Positions 40,126-50,438 of a DNA stretch of 64,000 bases are shown piece by piece (positions within the stretch are counted from its first letter, which is position 1; every line of letters starts with the position of its first letter). The stretch lies in the NCBI GenBank assembly GCA_018656555.1, contig JABHZQ010000020.1, forward strand, positions 10,764 to 74,763, written 5' to 3'. The position numbers were made by a program, and so were the translations under genes. A model generated the notes under the pieces. It was not told the origin of the DNA. It worked only from the letters and a program-made list of their open reading frames with translations, and made no database searches. This DNA is from an archaeon. GTDB lineage: Archaea > Nanobdellota > Nanobdellia > SCGC-AAA011-G17 > GW2011-AR17.

Positions 40126-41832
40126 TTATGCAGAATAAAACCTTTTGAAAAGGTATCTGGTGAATACAGCCCCTATAAGCACAGCTACTGCAAACCCTAT
40201 TAAAAGGTAGAAAAACATGCTGATTTCACTGAAACTAGCATTAAATAAGAGTAATTTCTTTAATATGCCCTCACCCATTACATAAGGGTTGTAGAACACT
40301 ATTTTCCTGGTTACTGCTGATAAGGTTTCTAGTGGTAGAATGGTATTTGAGAAGAATAGGAGGACTATCCCTGTTGAAAGGGCGGTTAAAGTTACTGTTT
40401 CTTTAGTATTAAACATATATCCAATAAGCATTCCTGTAAAGATAAATAATGAGCATAAGACTATTAGGACTGCTCCTGAGAGTAGATAGGCATTAACTCC
40501 TGGTGATGGAACAAAGTAGTAAAGAGTGGCTAGAGTTATTGCTACTTCAAATGTTAGGATTATAATAGTAGATAGGTAATGACCTATGATAAATAGGGAA
40601 TCATTTGTAGGTGTGATAAAGTTTCTGAAGTAGGCTAGAGACTTTTTTTCATCAATAATATTAGATGAGCTTAGTAATAATGCTACAAACATGAAGATCA
40701 TAAGTAAGATAGAAGGGATTATGTATAATAGGTAATTATTACTTGAACTTATTGGCTGGATAGAGGTTCTTACTGGTGTTACAATGTTATCTACATTTGT
40801 GATTTTTATTGAATCAATATTTGTAGCCATATTGTTTAGGTTTGTTTCAACTGATGTGATTTTTTCTTGTTGTGAGGTTAGGGTTGAAGATAATGTTGAT
40901 AAATCCGCATTTGATGTTGTTATTGAGCCACTTGCTGCATCAACTTTGGTGCTTAAAGAGGAATATGTTGAAACTATTGAATCAACTGCAGAGGATAGAT
41001 CTGAGAAAATAGAAGTACTCATGTTATAATCTCCTGCTATGTCTGCAATTTCAGTATCTACAGTTGTTGTGTCAACTGCACTATAGGTTAGATCTATTCC
41101 TGTAAGATCTGAGGCTGCTCCAGATGCACTTGAACTTGCTTCTGAGTTTAAACTATTAATATTAGTTATCACTGCTTGGCTTTGTGTGACATCTGCATTT
41201 ACTGAATCTAAAACAGTTAGTATTGAAGAAACCATATCTTCTGATAGTTCTTCTGCTGAGATATAAACTTTAGATGATATTTCTGCAGATATTAAATGGG
41301 CTATGTTCATTCTTGAGTTATCTACATAGATAGTAATGACATTGTTTGCACTATTATCTAATATCATATTCGTAGGGAAAATCACACATACTTGGAAATC
41401 ATCAAATTTTATTGCATCAATACAATCTGTTTCTGAATCCATCCTTAATACATTATATTGAGAAGTTGATAGGTTACTCACAATATCTTCACTAATTGAG
41501 GAATATGATTCTGAATATACTGCAACGTTTAAGTCATATAATGTTGAAGTGTTGAATGCTAGGGCTAATAGAAATACAATTAGTAGTGGACCTAATAATA
41601 ATAGTAGGGCTGAAATCTTTGATCTTAAAATTAATTTGAAGTTTTTGGCCATAATGTAGTAAAGTTTGGTTATGACATTAAGTCTAGGCCTTCCAACAAA
41701 CACATTAAGTTCTTGTTTTTCTTCTTTTTTTTCTTTCTCAACTTTTGGTTTTTTCTTATCTCTTTTTAAGAATTTTTTAAGAAAGCTCATTCCTCCCCCT
41801 TCTTTTTCACTGAATATCTTTTTGTTCTTCAT
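40126..41832 (-). CDS. ABC-2 type permease with large extracellular coiled-coil region
   Basis: N-terminal TM, Ser/Thr-rich helical region, multi-TM C-terminus with P.E.L...NPY. Confidence 0.8.
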   Translation of the reverse strand: MKNKKIFSEKEGGGMSFLKKFLKRDKKKPKVEKEKKEEKQELNVFVGRPRLNVITKLYYIMAKNFKLILRSKISALLLLLGPLLIVFLLALAFNTSTLYDLNVAVYSESYSSISEDIVSNLSTSQYNVLRMDSETDCIDAIKFDDFQVCVIFPTNMILDNSANNVITIYVDNSRMNIAHLISAEISSKVYISAEELSEDMVSSILTVLDSVNADVTQSQAVITNINSLNSEASSSASGAASDLTGIDLTYSAVDTTTVDTEIADIAGDYNMSTSIFSDLSSAVDSIVSTYSSLSTKVDAASGSITTSNADLSTLSSTLTSQQEKITSVETNLNNMATNIDSIKITNVDNIVTPVRTSIQPISSSNNYLLYIIPSILLMIFMFVALLLSSSNIIDEKKSLAYFRNFITPTNDSLFIIGHYLSTIIILTFEVAITLATLYYFVPSPGVNAYLLSGAVLIVLCSLFIFTGMLIGYMFNTKETVTLTALSTGIVLLFFSNTILPLETLSAVTRKIVFYNPYVMGEGILKKLLLFNASFSEISMFFYLLIGFAVAVLIGAVFTRYLFKRFYSA

Positions 41833-42767
41833 TTTGTTGTCAGAGATTCAAATACTTCTTCTATCTTTGGTTTATTTACTTCAATGTTTATCAATTTTTG
41901 ATTTTGTGATTTTATTAATTTGATTAATTTAAACAGAGTTTCTTCTGCATCTGGAGTGTATAGGTAGACATAGTGTCTTTTTTCGAATATTTTATCTACT
42001 CCCATATCTCTTAATCCTGGAATAAGAGCTCTATAATCTGGAGCATCTGTTTCAAATTTAATTACTTCACTTTTACTGTATTTTTCCTTTAGGTGTTCAG
42101 GGGTGTCAAGTGCTATTACCTTTCCCTTGTGGATAATTGCTAATTGATCACAGATATCCTCTGCTTCTCCCATTAAGTGTGAAGTAAGGATTACTTTTGT
42201 TCCTTCATCATCTATTTTTTTAATTAGGGCAAGTATTTTTTTCCTTAGAATAGGATCAAGATTTCCTGTTGGCTCGTCAAATACTATGATTTTTGGTTTA
42301 TGAATTAGAGCACAGGCAATATCTAGTCTTCTGTACATTCCGGTTGATAGTTCGGATGCAACTACATCTTCTTTATCAGATAGGTCTACAAATTTTAGTA
42401 GTTCTTCAATTCTTAACTTGATGTCTTTATTTCTCATGTTGTACATCTTTCCAAAGTAGGTTAGATTTTCAGCTACTGTTAATTTAGGATAGACAGAACC
42501 AGCTTGAGTTCCAAAACCAAAGAATTGATTGAATATTCCTTTGTGTGAGGATATTTCTACACCATTGTAAAGAATTTTTCCTGAGTTAGGTTTCCAGTAA
42601 TTTACAAGTAGATTTAGAAGGGTTGTTTTTCCAGAACCACTTAAACCCATTATTCCAAAGATTCCATCTCTTTCAATAACTAAGTCTAAATTGTTTAGTA
42701 CAATATTAGAACCAAACTTTTTGGTTACACCTTGAAATGTAATGAATCCCTCTTTTTTACTGTCCAT
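41829..42767 (-). CDS. ABC transporter ATP-binding protein
   Basis: GLSGSGKTT, LSTGM, DEPT. Confidence 0.93.
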   Translation of the reverse strand: MDSKKEGFITFQGVTKKFGSNIVLNNLDLVIERDGIFGIMGLSGSGKTTLLNLLVNYWKPNSGKILYNGVEISSHKGIFNQFFGFGTQAGSVYPKLTVAENLTYFGKMYNMRNKDIKLRIEELLKFVDLSDKEDVVASELSTGMYRRLDIACALIHKPKIIVFDEPTGNLDPILRKKILALIKKIDDEGTKVILTSHLMGEAEDICDQLAIIHKGKVIALDTPEHLKEKYSKSEVIKFETDAPDYRALIPGLRDMGVDKIFEKRHYVYLYTPDAEETLFKLIKLIKSQNQKLINIEVNKPKIEEVFESLTTK

Positions 42768-42846
42768 TGATAAATTTCAAGATTATTTAATTAATAAATG
42801 TTTTGTTTTAAAAAGTTATATAAATAGAACTATATTCAATAACCTT

Positions 42847-43656
42847 ATGAAACATACTTTAAAAGTTACCTTAATTATTCTTGGTATTTTTTTATTAGCT
42901 CAAATGGTTGGTTTGTATGTTACTGATCATTTTTCACCTCAAGAGGAATTGCCTTTGAATATAGAAAGACCAGAGGTTAGTGAGACTGGTTCTTTTTTCA
43001 CTTTGTTTATATTTATTTTACTAGCTACTGCTCTTGCTTTGCTTTTAATTAAGTTTGCACTTTTTAAGATTTGGAAGTTTTGGTTTCTTTTGAGTGTGTT
43101 TTTTACTTTGACTGTAACTTGGAGTGCATTTATGTGGGAATGGTTGGCTATTGTTTTAGCTATTATATTTGCTCTTTTGAAAATCTTTAAGCCTAATCCC
43201 TGGATACATAATTTTACAGAGGTTTTTATTTATGGTGCTTTAGCAGCTATTTTTGTTCCTATGTTAAATCTTCTTTCAGTTTCTCTTCTTTTGATTTTAA
43301 TCTCAGTTTATGATTATATTGCAGTTAGGAGAACTAAGCATATGATTAAGTTAGCTAAATCCCAAAGTAAGGCCAATATATTTGCAGGTATACTAATACC
43401 TTATGGGAAGAAAAAAGTGGCTATGTTAGGTGGAGGAGATATCGGATTTCCATTATTATTTGGTGGGGTTGTGATGAAAACTTTTGGTTTTGGTTTATTG
43501 GATCCTAGAACTTATATTGTGCCTTTATTTGCAGCTTTGGCTTTATTTTATTTGTTCTATACTGCTGATAAGAAAAAATTCTATCCTGCAATGCCTTATG
43601 TGGCTGCAGGGTGTTTTATTGCATTAGCTTTAGTTTATTTAATTCAATTCTTTTGA
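42847..43656 (+). CDS. Presenilin-family (GxGD) intramembrane aspartyl protease
   Basis: SVYD, LGGGD and PAMP motifs; likely start MKHTLK at 42847. Confidence 0.9.
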   Translation: MKHTLKVTLIILGIFLLAQMVGLYVTDHFSPQEELPLNIERPEVSETGSFFTLFIFILLATALALLLIKFALFKIWKFWFLLSVFFTLTVTWSAFMWEWLAIVLAIIFALLKIFKPNPWIHNFTEVFIYGALAAIFVPMLNLLSVSLLLILISVYDYIAVRRTKHMIKLAKSQSKANIFAGILIPYGKKKVAMLGGGDIGFPLLFGGVVMKTFGFGLLDPRTYIVPLFAALALFYLFYTADKKKFYPAMPYVAAGCFIALALVYLIQFF

Positions 43657-43754
43657 AAATCGTCAGATTCGCAAAAGCACTTCATTGATGTAGGTACTCT
43701 TGAGCCTTTGAATTCATAGGCAATACCACAGTTTTTACAAGTTACTTTTCCCAT
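43644..43754 (-). CDS. Micro Zn-finger protein, not in ORF track
   Basis: MGKVTCKNCGIAYEFKGSRVPTSMKCFCESDDFQKN (36 aa); starts 1 nt after the upstream stop, GGAG upstream. Confidence 0.6.
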   Translation of the reverse strand: MGKVTCKNCGIAYEFKGSRVPTSMKCFCESDDFQKN

Positions 43755-43755
43755 T

Positions 43756-44211
43756 TTAGTATAACACTCCTATTAATTTGTATTTTATTTGTTCTAATCT
43801 TATTTTTCCTGGATCTTCACTAGAATTATTATCTCCTTTTAGAGTGTAATAAGTTCCCTCTTCGTCTTCAGAAATATCTACGATTCTGTGTGAGACTAGG
43901 GTTTCATTCCAAGAGGTTTCGTAGGATACAATATCTCCTATTTCAAGAGTTGTATCATCAGTTACTGGAATTTCAATTCCATTGGCTTCAATGTCCATGA
44001 TTGGGTCCATTGAGTTTGTATCATTATAGGCAACTAGAATAGCATCTTCAACATTGATTATAACTTGACCATTTTGTATGTAAATTTGATCTGCGTTTAA
44101 AGTGTCAGATGGTGAGAATTGCTCATTTGGTTCTTTTTGAGCTACTACTATAGTTAGAAATATGATTAAGATGACTGTTACAAAAATTAGTATGTTTGTA
44201 AATAACCTCAT
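43756..44211 (-). CDS. Signal peptidase I (S26)-like protein
   Basis: TNSMDP, GDIVSY, VSHRI, KGDNN..DP. Confidence 0.8.
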   Translation of the reverse strand: MRLFTNILIFVTVILIIFLTIVVAQKEPNEQFSPSDTLNADQIYIQNGQVIINVEDAILVAYNDTNSMDPIMDIEANGIEIPVTDDTTLEIGDIVSYETSWNETLVSHRIVDISEDEEGTYYTLKGDNNSSEDPGKIRLEQIKYKLIGVLY

Positions 44212-44306
44212 TTTCTCTATATTTTAAGTGGGTTTTTATGTATATAAACCTTTCGTTTTTGTTATTACTCTAGGATGGTGTCATAAGCAAACAAAGCTTT
44301 AAAAAG

Positions 44307-45605
44307 GTGTTTTTCCTGGATATTAGGATGGGGTTGCTGTCTAGAAATAAAGATGTTTTTGATGAATTTGATAAGCAGGAAAAAGAACTTATTAAGATTT
44401 ATAGGGATCTTCCAGGGGATTGGCTTTTACATGGAGATGTTGTTCAGTTAATTGAAAAGATTGAGAATTCTATTGAAAAAAATGAAAAGAAACTAAAAGA
44501 GTCTGAGTTTGGAAGGTTGGAGATAAAGGTTAATAAGAGAGTTAAGGAAGTGATTAAAAGAATTGAGAGGCATTTATTTTTATTAAAACAACATTTAGTG
44601 AAGGTTAAATCTGGTAAGGTTAAAAAGAATTTAACTCCTGCAATCAAGCAATCTATGCAAGTTTTAGCTGAATCTTTGCATAAGTTAGTGTTTTATGCTA
44701 ATCTATATCCAATTCATAATATTCAGAGAAGGAAATTTTGGAGAGGTATTTTGAAGGGTTTGAATGATGGAATTTTTTTACCTCCAGATATTTCTTATGA
44801 GAAAGCTAGTGAATTAGTAAATAATTTTGTAAATGAAAAATTAGTTGTTGTTGTTCAATATAATAGTAATGAAAGGCCTTATTTGATGATTACATTAGAT
44901 GGTAAAAAACCTGTTTTCCATATTATAAAATCAGGAGATCCAGGTACTGGTTTAATTATTTCTAAGTTGATGAGATTATTAGGAATGAAACATATGATTA
45001 TTGATTATAAAAGAAAGTTTATTGATGATAAGGTCGAACATTTGAATAAAATTAATTTTTTTGAGGGAATGAAGTTTATTGATATTGGTAGGGTTAGGGA
45101 TGTTGATGGGGTAATGAGTTTGGCTTATTATTTGGGTGCTGCTTGTGCTGATGGGTTTGTTATGAATTTAGATGATAGGCCAGGGAATATATATATTGAT
45201 TATGCTTATTTTGGAAAGATTAAAAAAAGAAAGATAAGAGAGAGATATTTGAGTAGTTCTAATCCAATTTTTCATATTGATTATGATTTTGTTGATATTC
45301 AAGATATGCGTTTATATTTAGAGAGTCAGATTTTTGGGGTTTATGGTATTTTTGTACATTTTATTGTAGGTAATGTAGATATGAGAAATTCAAGATTAAG
45401 GATACCTTTTATTTTGGGTTTTTTTAATTTAGGATTTAAACAGGAAATGCAGAGAATTATGGATTATTATAATTCTAATAAGCAACAAGTAGATTCTTTG
45501 TTAGTTAATAATAATCTGGAATATATTAAGAAGCGATTAGATCCCCAAGTTTTTGATTTGTTATTAGCTGTTGAATCAGAATTTATTCCTAAAATTAAGT
45601 TATAA
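44307..45605 (+). CDS. Hypothetical protein with atypical kinase-like motifs
   Basis: DDRPGNIYI and FHIDYD resemble the DRxxxN / IDF motifs of the PI3/4K-HipA group. Confidence 0.5.
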   Translation: MFFLDIRMGLLSRNKDVFDEFDKQEKELIKIYRDLPGDWLLHGDVVQLIEKIENSIEKNEKKLKESEFGRLEIKVNKRVKEVIKRIERHLFLLKQHLVKVKSGKVKKNLTPAIKQSMQVLAESLHKLVFYANLYPIHNIQRRKFWRGILKGLNDGIFLPPDISYEKASELVNNFVNEKLVVVVQYNSNERPYLMITLDGKKPVFHIIKSGDPGTGLIISKLMRLLGMKHMIIDYKRKFIDDKVEHLNKINFFEGMKFIDIGRVRDVDGVMSLAYYLGAACADGFVMNLDDRPGNIYIDYAYFGKIKKRKIRERYLSSSNPIFHIDYDFVDIQDMRLYLESQIFGVYGIFVHFIVGNVDMRNSRLRIPFILGFFNLGFKQEMQRIMDYYNSNKQQVDSLLVNNNLEYIKKRLDPQVFDLLLAVESEFIPKIKL

Positions 45606-46289
45606 GAATGCAAAAATTAGATTGTATTCATTTGGATTTAGTGTTGGAGAAATAGTACTGTAACCTGGTTTGTCAAATCCTAATCTTCCTGGAATTGCAG
45701 AAGGTACATTAACAAGATATCTATTTTCGGATGTGTCAAGAACAAAATGACTAAAAGGCATTCTTATTTCTTTAAAGGATAGTTCACCAGATTTGATATT
45801 ATAGATAGCAAGTCTGGGTAGATGCATATGACCCCCAATTAAAACTTGGTATTCTGTTTGGCTTGCAAGTAAAGGGCGAATATCAGTTTCATTTAAGAAG
45901 AAAGCATTTTCATCATCTGGAGTTCCATGGAAAAGTAAGAAACCATCTCTTGAAAATGATTGAACAAACTGTTCAAGGACTGCCATACCATCTCCTCTTA
46001 TCTCTTCCCTATTTACTCTTGTATCTATAACTGCTCCTTCAGCAAATTGATCTTCATCATTTCTGCCAAGAGTTAGAGTATCATGGTTTCCAGCAATACA
46101 AACATCATAACCTTCTAATCGGGCTAGAGTATCATTAGGATTGTCTCCTCCCATTGCATCTCCTAGAAAACATCTATATCTAATGCTTTTTGCATGTCTT
46201 TCAATAGCTTCTAGGATTCGTGCATCTGCATGGTTGTCTGATACTAATAAAAAAGGATGTGATTCTAGTGCAATATTTGGCTCATTCAT
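45600..46289 (-). CDS. Calcineurin-like metallophosphoesterase
   Basis: SDNH, LGD, GNHD, HG, GHMH. Confidence 0.9.
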   Translation of the reverse strand: MNEPNIALESHPFLLVSDNHADARILEAIERHAKSIRYRCFLGDAMGGDNPNDTLARLEGYDVCIAGNHDTLTLGRNDEDQFAEGAVIDTRVNREEIRGDGMAVLEQFVQSFSRDGFLLFHGTPDDENAFFLNETDIRPLLASQTEYQVLIGGHMHLPRLAIYNIKSGELSFKEIRMPFSHFVLDTSENRYLVNVPSAIPGRLGFDKPGYSTISPTLNPNEYNLIFAFL

Positions 46290-46394
46290 TTTCTTGAAAT
46301 ATAAGGTAGATTTAAGGTTTATAAGTCTTTTGTTTTGTTGTTACTTCAAAATGGTTGCATAATCTTTTTATAGGGGTGGTTATTTCTCCAGCTG

Positions 46395-47147
46395 ATGAGT
46401 GATACTAAAGTACAAGATCCTCTTCCTGGAGAGGTAGATGAGCTTTCTGCTGCTGTTGCAAGATATGCAGAAGATCCAGATGGTTATGAAGGCGAAGAAG
46501 TACATTATAATAGTGTTTTAATTGGTGTTGAAATAGATGTAGGTGGATTTAAGAGAATGCAATACCCTGCTTCTAGATCTGAATTAATGGATTTAGTTGG
46601 TGCAATGCCGCTTGTGGAGAGGGCTAATTTAGATCATTATGCTCCGACTTTGATGGCAGCATTAGAATATGTTTTAATGGATGATGAATTAGATCAAGAA
46701 GATAGTGGTTTAGCTGTTTATAGTGAGATTATTAGTGATGAAGAATTAATGGATTTTGTTCAAGGAAGTGTTGCTCAAAATTATCTTGATTTAAGAAGAA
46801 TGTATCCAGTTCTTACTGATTTAGCTGAACAGAGAGGTTTCTTTGATGATTATTGTCTTCATTTTGAAGGTAATGGTTGTGAGTCAATGGATCCTGATGA
46901 AGAAGTAGATGATAGGTATGAATTAGATTTAGCTAATCCTTTTACTGTTACAAATGTGGATCTTATTGATTTTATTACTAGAACTGGGATACAAGATTTG
47001 AAAGAGTTTGCAGATGTATATCCAGATGTTTATGGTTTAGCTCAGACTAGGCATGTTGTAAGGAGAGAAAATTTAGAAAAGGTTCCTTTGGCAAATGCAG
47101 TGTTTGAGGAGATGACAGAGCAAAATGCAGATTTTGCTACAGAGTAA
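46395..47147 (+). CDS. Acidic hypothetical protein
   Basis: 250-aa ORF, very Asp/Glu-rich. Confidence 0.6.
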   Translation: MSDTKVQDPLPGEVDELSAAVARYAEDPDGYEGEEVHYNSVLIGVEIDVGGFKRMQYPASRSELMDLVGAMPLVERANLDHYAPTLMAALEYVLMDDELDQEDSGLAVYSEIISDEELMDFVQGSVAQNYLDLRRMYPVLTDLAEQRGFFDDYCLHFEGNGCESMDPDEEVDDRYELDLANPFTVTNVDLIDFITRTGIQDLKEFADVYPDVYGLAQTRHVVRRENLEKVPLANAVFEEMTEQNADFATE

Positions 47148-47823
47148 AATAAACTCTTCTATTATTTTTACCTTTATTTTCTACTTTTAGAAGTTTCATT
47201 TCACCTACTTCAGAAGTATTTTTAACATGAGTACCACCACATGCTTCTTTTGCAAAACCTTCTATTTCAATAATTCTAATTTCTTTTATTGATTCAGGTA
47301 GACCTTTTGCAAGCATTGAGAATCTTTCTCCTAGGATGTTAGTTGCTTCTTCTTTTGAAACTATCATAGAACTTACATTTCTTCCTTCTTTCATTACTTG
47401 GTTTGCTTTGTTTATATATTCTTCAAATTTTTCTTTGTTAAACTCTTCTAATGAGAAGTCAATTCTTATTTTGTTTAATTCTAATTGATTTCCAGTAATT
47501 AAAGCACCAGTTTCTTTGTGAATAACATTGCTTACTATGTGTGCTGCTGTGTGGGATCGCATTAATTTGTATCTTCTATCCCAATCTATAGTACCTTTTA
47601 CTTTGTTTCCAACCTTTAATCCTTCTTTATCCACTTCATGGGAAATTTGATTGTTGAACTTTCCAACAAAAACAACATTATAATCATTTAATTTTCCTGT
47701 GTCATTAGGTTGTCCACCAGATTTAGGGTAGAATAGTGTTTCTTTTAGAACTATGAATTTATCTTTAACTTCTATAATTTCAGATTCAAATTCTTTTTTG
47801 TAACAATCTTCTAAGTATTTCAT
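47137..47823 (-). CDS. alaXM: AlaX-M tRNA editing protein
   Basis: FYPKSGGQP.D.G, MRSHTAAH, ACGGTH. Confidence 0.92.
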   Translation of the reverse strand: MKYLEDCYKKEFESEIIEVKDKFIVLKETLFYPKSGGQPNDTGKLNDYNVVFVGKFNNQISHEVDKEGLKVGNKVKGTIDWDRRYKLMRSHTAAHIVSNVIHKETGALITGNQLELNKIRIDFSLEEFNKEKFEEYINKANQVMKEGRNVSSMIVSKEEATNILGERFSMLAKGLPESIKEIRIIEIEGFAKEACGGTHVKNTSEVGEMKLLKVENKGKNNRRVYFTL

Positions 47824-48848
47824 TTCATGTATTTTTTTATTCTTTCTATATATCTTGGAAAATCTTTTTTAGAAATGTTTGATCCACAAGCATGCTCATG
47901 TCCACCACCATATCCATCTAGACCTACAATAGCCTTTTCAACTGCTGATCTTATATCTTTATTTTGTGATCTAAGGCTTAGCATAACTCTAGTTTCTTTT
48001 ACTCGTCCTACAATAATTGTTTTATTAGGATATTTATAGGTTAATTCTTCTGATAACATTCCAGTAAATGAATCTTTTTGTGATGGATAGGTATAGACGA
48101 TGAAATCATCATCTGTGTTTATTTTTTCTTCTGCTTTTTCTAAGATTTGTTCATATCTTTTGTTTATTTTTTCATAATAACTATAGATAAATTTTGCTTC
48201 CTTAGTTGTTTGGTTTAATAGTTCTTCTGGTGAGTTTATTCTTGTAAGGACTCTAATACATCTCATTGAGTCTGAACCTTTTAGTATGAATGAGAATATT
48301 TTTACAAGTTTTCCAAATTCTGTTTTGAATCTTGCTTCTCCAGGGTCTTTTACTTTTGGGAGAAGTTTAGGATAGGCTTTTTTGAAATCATCATCAGTCT
48401 TTTCAGGTAGGAACCAATCTCCAACTATTCCAGTCATTGCAATCCATTTGTTTTCTTCTACTGCTTTGTAACACCAGTAGCAAGTTGGCCTGTTGTCTTT
48501 TTCATCATAGAGTAATGGATTAAAATAATGTACACCCTTTAGATCTTTATTTGGGGGATGGTGGTCTATGTAAATAATTGGAACATTAACTTTATCTATG
48601 AATTCTTGAGATAGAGATGGTTTATCAACAACAAATATTTTATCTGGATGGTATTCTTCTACTTTTCTTAAGTATTCTTCTCCAAGCCGAGGGTTTCCCT
48701 TTACTAGAACTCCATGTCCTTTTTGGATATGTTTCCAAAGTAATAAGAATGAGGATAGACCATCTGGATCATCATCAAAAAAGAATAATGGGTTTTCTGA
48801 TTTTTCTAAATAATCCTTTACTTTTTTAAGTTCTTCCTTGGGTATCAT
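47820..48848 (-). CDS. DHH/DHHA1 phosphoesterase (RecJ-like)
   Basis: DDDPDG, IDHH, GGGHEHACG. Confidence 0.9.
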   Translation of the reverse strand: MIPKEELKKVKDYLEKSENPLFFFDDDPDGLSSFLLLWKHIQKGHGVLVKGNPRLGEEYLRKVEEYHPDKIFVVDKPSLSQEFIDKVNVPIIYIDHHPPNKDLKGVHYFNPLLYDEKDNRPTCYWCYKAVEENKWIAMTGIVGDWFLPEKTDDDFKKAYPKLLPKVKDPGEARFKTEFGKLVKIFSFILKGSDSMRCIRVLTRINSPEELLNQTTKEAKFIYSYYEKINKRYEQILEKAEEKINTDDDFIVYTYPSQKDSFTGMLSEELTYKYPNKTIIVGRVKETRVMLSLRSQNKDIRSAVEKAIVGLDGYGGGHEHACGSNISKKDFPRYIERIKKYMK

Positions 48849-50407
48849 TTTTTCTTATTGTAAAAATCGGTGTAATCCATTGGAGGTTGTACTCCTCCTT
48901 GTTTGTATTGAAATTGTTGTTTTTGTTGTGGTTGTTGTGGGGGTTTTTTTAGCAAAAATAAGTAATATGCACCGATTCCACCACCAATAAGAACTATTAG
49001 GATTATTAAAAAGATTACTATTGTTTTAACTGGAGATTTTTTCTCTATACAGACACCAGCTTCACAATTATAGCCTGTTTCACACTTTACATCTACTGCA
49101 CAGGTTAGGCAGTTTTCTCCTTCTTCTGCTACTCCATTACCACATACAGCAGTTTCAGTACCATCTGTGATTATTGAGTTTGTTTCAACATCTTCACTCA
49201 CTCCAGTGTATCCTGTTCCAGAACCTACTGTTACTTGCCAAGATTTTGCTGTAGTGTCTGTACCATCTGATAGATCTACTCTAACTGTGTAAACTCCATC
49301 TGTTTCTGTTGAAAAAGTGTAAGCATCTCCAGTTGTTGTTTGTGAGTTATCTAGATACCAAGTTGCTGTTACTGTATCATTATCAGAATCTGAGTAAGTT
49401 ACTGTGAAATCTTGAGCTTCTCCTAGTGCAAGTGTTGGATCTGATTCTGGTGAATATGAATCTAGGGAAGGGGCATTGTTTGAAGAGGTACTTGTACTAT
49501 CATTAACTATTAGAGTTATTGTGTTTCCAGTAATTGAAAGAGTTCCATCTGTTGCTGTGAATGCAACTGTTTCTGATCCAGTCCAATCTCTTGTTGGAAC
49601 TAGGGTTGCTATTCCATCAGTTATATTAATAGATATGGAACTGGTTGAGGATGCTGAATAGTTTAGTGAATCTCCATCAACATCTGTGAAAAAAGCAGAT
49701 ACTGTGATTGTATGATTTATGTTTTTATTCCAAGATTGATTTGTGAAATTTGCTGTTTGGTGGGGTGCATCATTTACTGGAGTTATTGAGACATTTATGT
49801 AATTACTATAATTAGTGCTATCTCCATCAGTTCCAGAGAATTGTAATATTTCAGATCCAGTCCAGTTTGTTCCAGGGGTTAAAGTTACTTGGTTATCTCC
49901 ATCTATTGTTGCATTTATGTTTGAACCACCTGTTGAACTGTAAGAAGTTGCACCAGTGAAGTAATCATCAAGATCAAATGCATTTGTAGAAGGGGTATCT
50001 TCTGTTAGTGTTTGATTAGCTATTGATCCTGTAAATGTTACGGTGGAGGAAGCTATTGTGAATGTATAGTTTGAGCTTGCCCATGCTGTTCCTGCTAGAT
50101 CATTTGTAGCAAAACAATTCCAATTGTAGGATCCATCAGATATTGAACTTATTTCATAGGTTAGGTAATTTACACTTCTTTGAGAAGGGGATGAGGTATT
50201 TGTATATTTTGCACTCCAAGTTCCTCCTGTGTCTGTGTATAATGCGAATGTGGATATGTTTTCAGTGTCAGAAACTGAACAAGTAAAAGTGATTGTAGAT
50301 GATTCAGAAGCCCCATTACTTGGTGAATTAAGTGTTGTTGTTGGGGATGCTGCAACTAATGCTAATAGTAAAAGAATGAAAAATGTTATCACTATTCCTC
50401 TTTTCAT
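48845..50407 (-). CDS. Cell-surface protein with Ig/cadherin-like repeats and C-terminal TM
   Basis: Signal peptide, PVNDAP, DVDGDSL and N.APS repeats, Cys-rich module, TM. Confidence 0.82.
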   Translation of the reverse strand: MKRGIVITFFILLLLALVAASPTTTLNSPSNGASESSTITFTCSVSDTENISTFALYTDTGGTWSAKYTNTSSPSQRSVNYLTYEISSISDGSYNWNCFATNDLAGTAWASSNYTFTIASSTVTFTGSIANQTLTEDTPSTNAFDLDDYFTGATSYSSTGGSNINATIDGDNQVTLTPGTNWTGSEILQFSGTDGDSTNYSNYINVSITPVNDAPHQTANFTNQSWNKNINHTITVSAFFTDVDGDSLNYSASSTSSISINITDGIATLVPTRDWTGSETVAFTATDGTLSITGNTITLIVNDSTSTSSNNAPSLDSYSPESDPTLALGEAQDFTVTYSDSDNDTVTATWYLDNSQTTTGDAYTFSTETDGVYTVRVDLSDGTDTTAKSWQVTVGSGTGYTGVSEDVETNSIITDGTETAVCGNGVAEEGENCLTCAVDVKCETGYNCEAGVCIEKKSPVKTIVIFLIILIVLIGGGIGAYYLFLLKKPPQQPQQKQQFQYKQGGVQPPMDYTDFYNKKK

Positions 50408-50438
50408 GGAATAAGTAGAGACTTATTTATTTAAAAAA

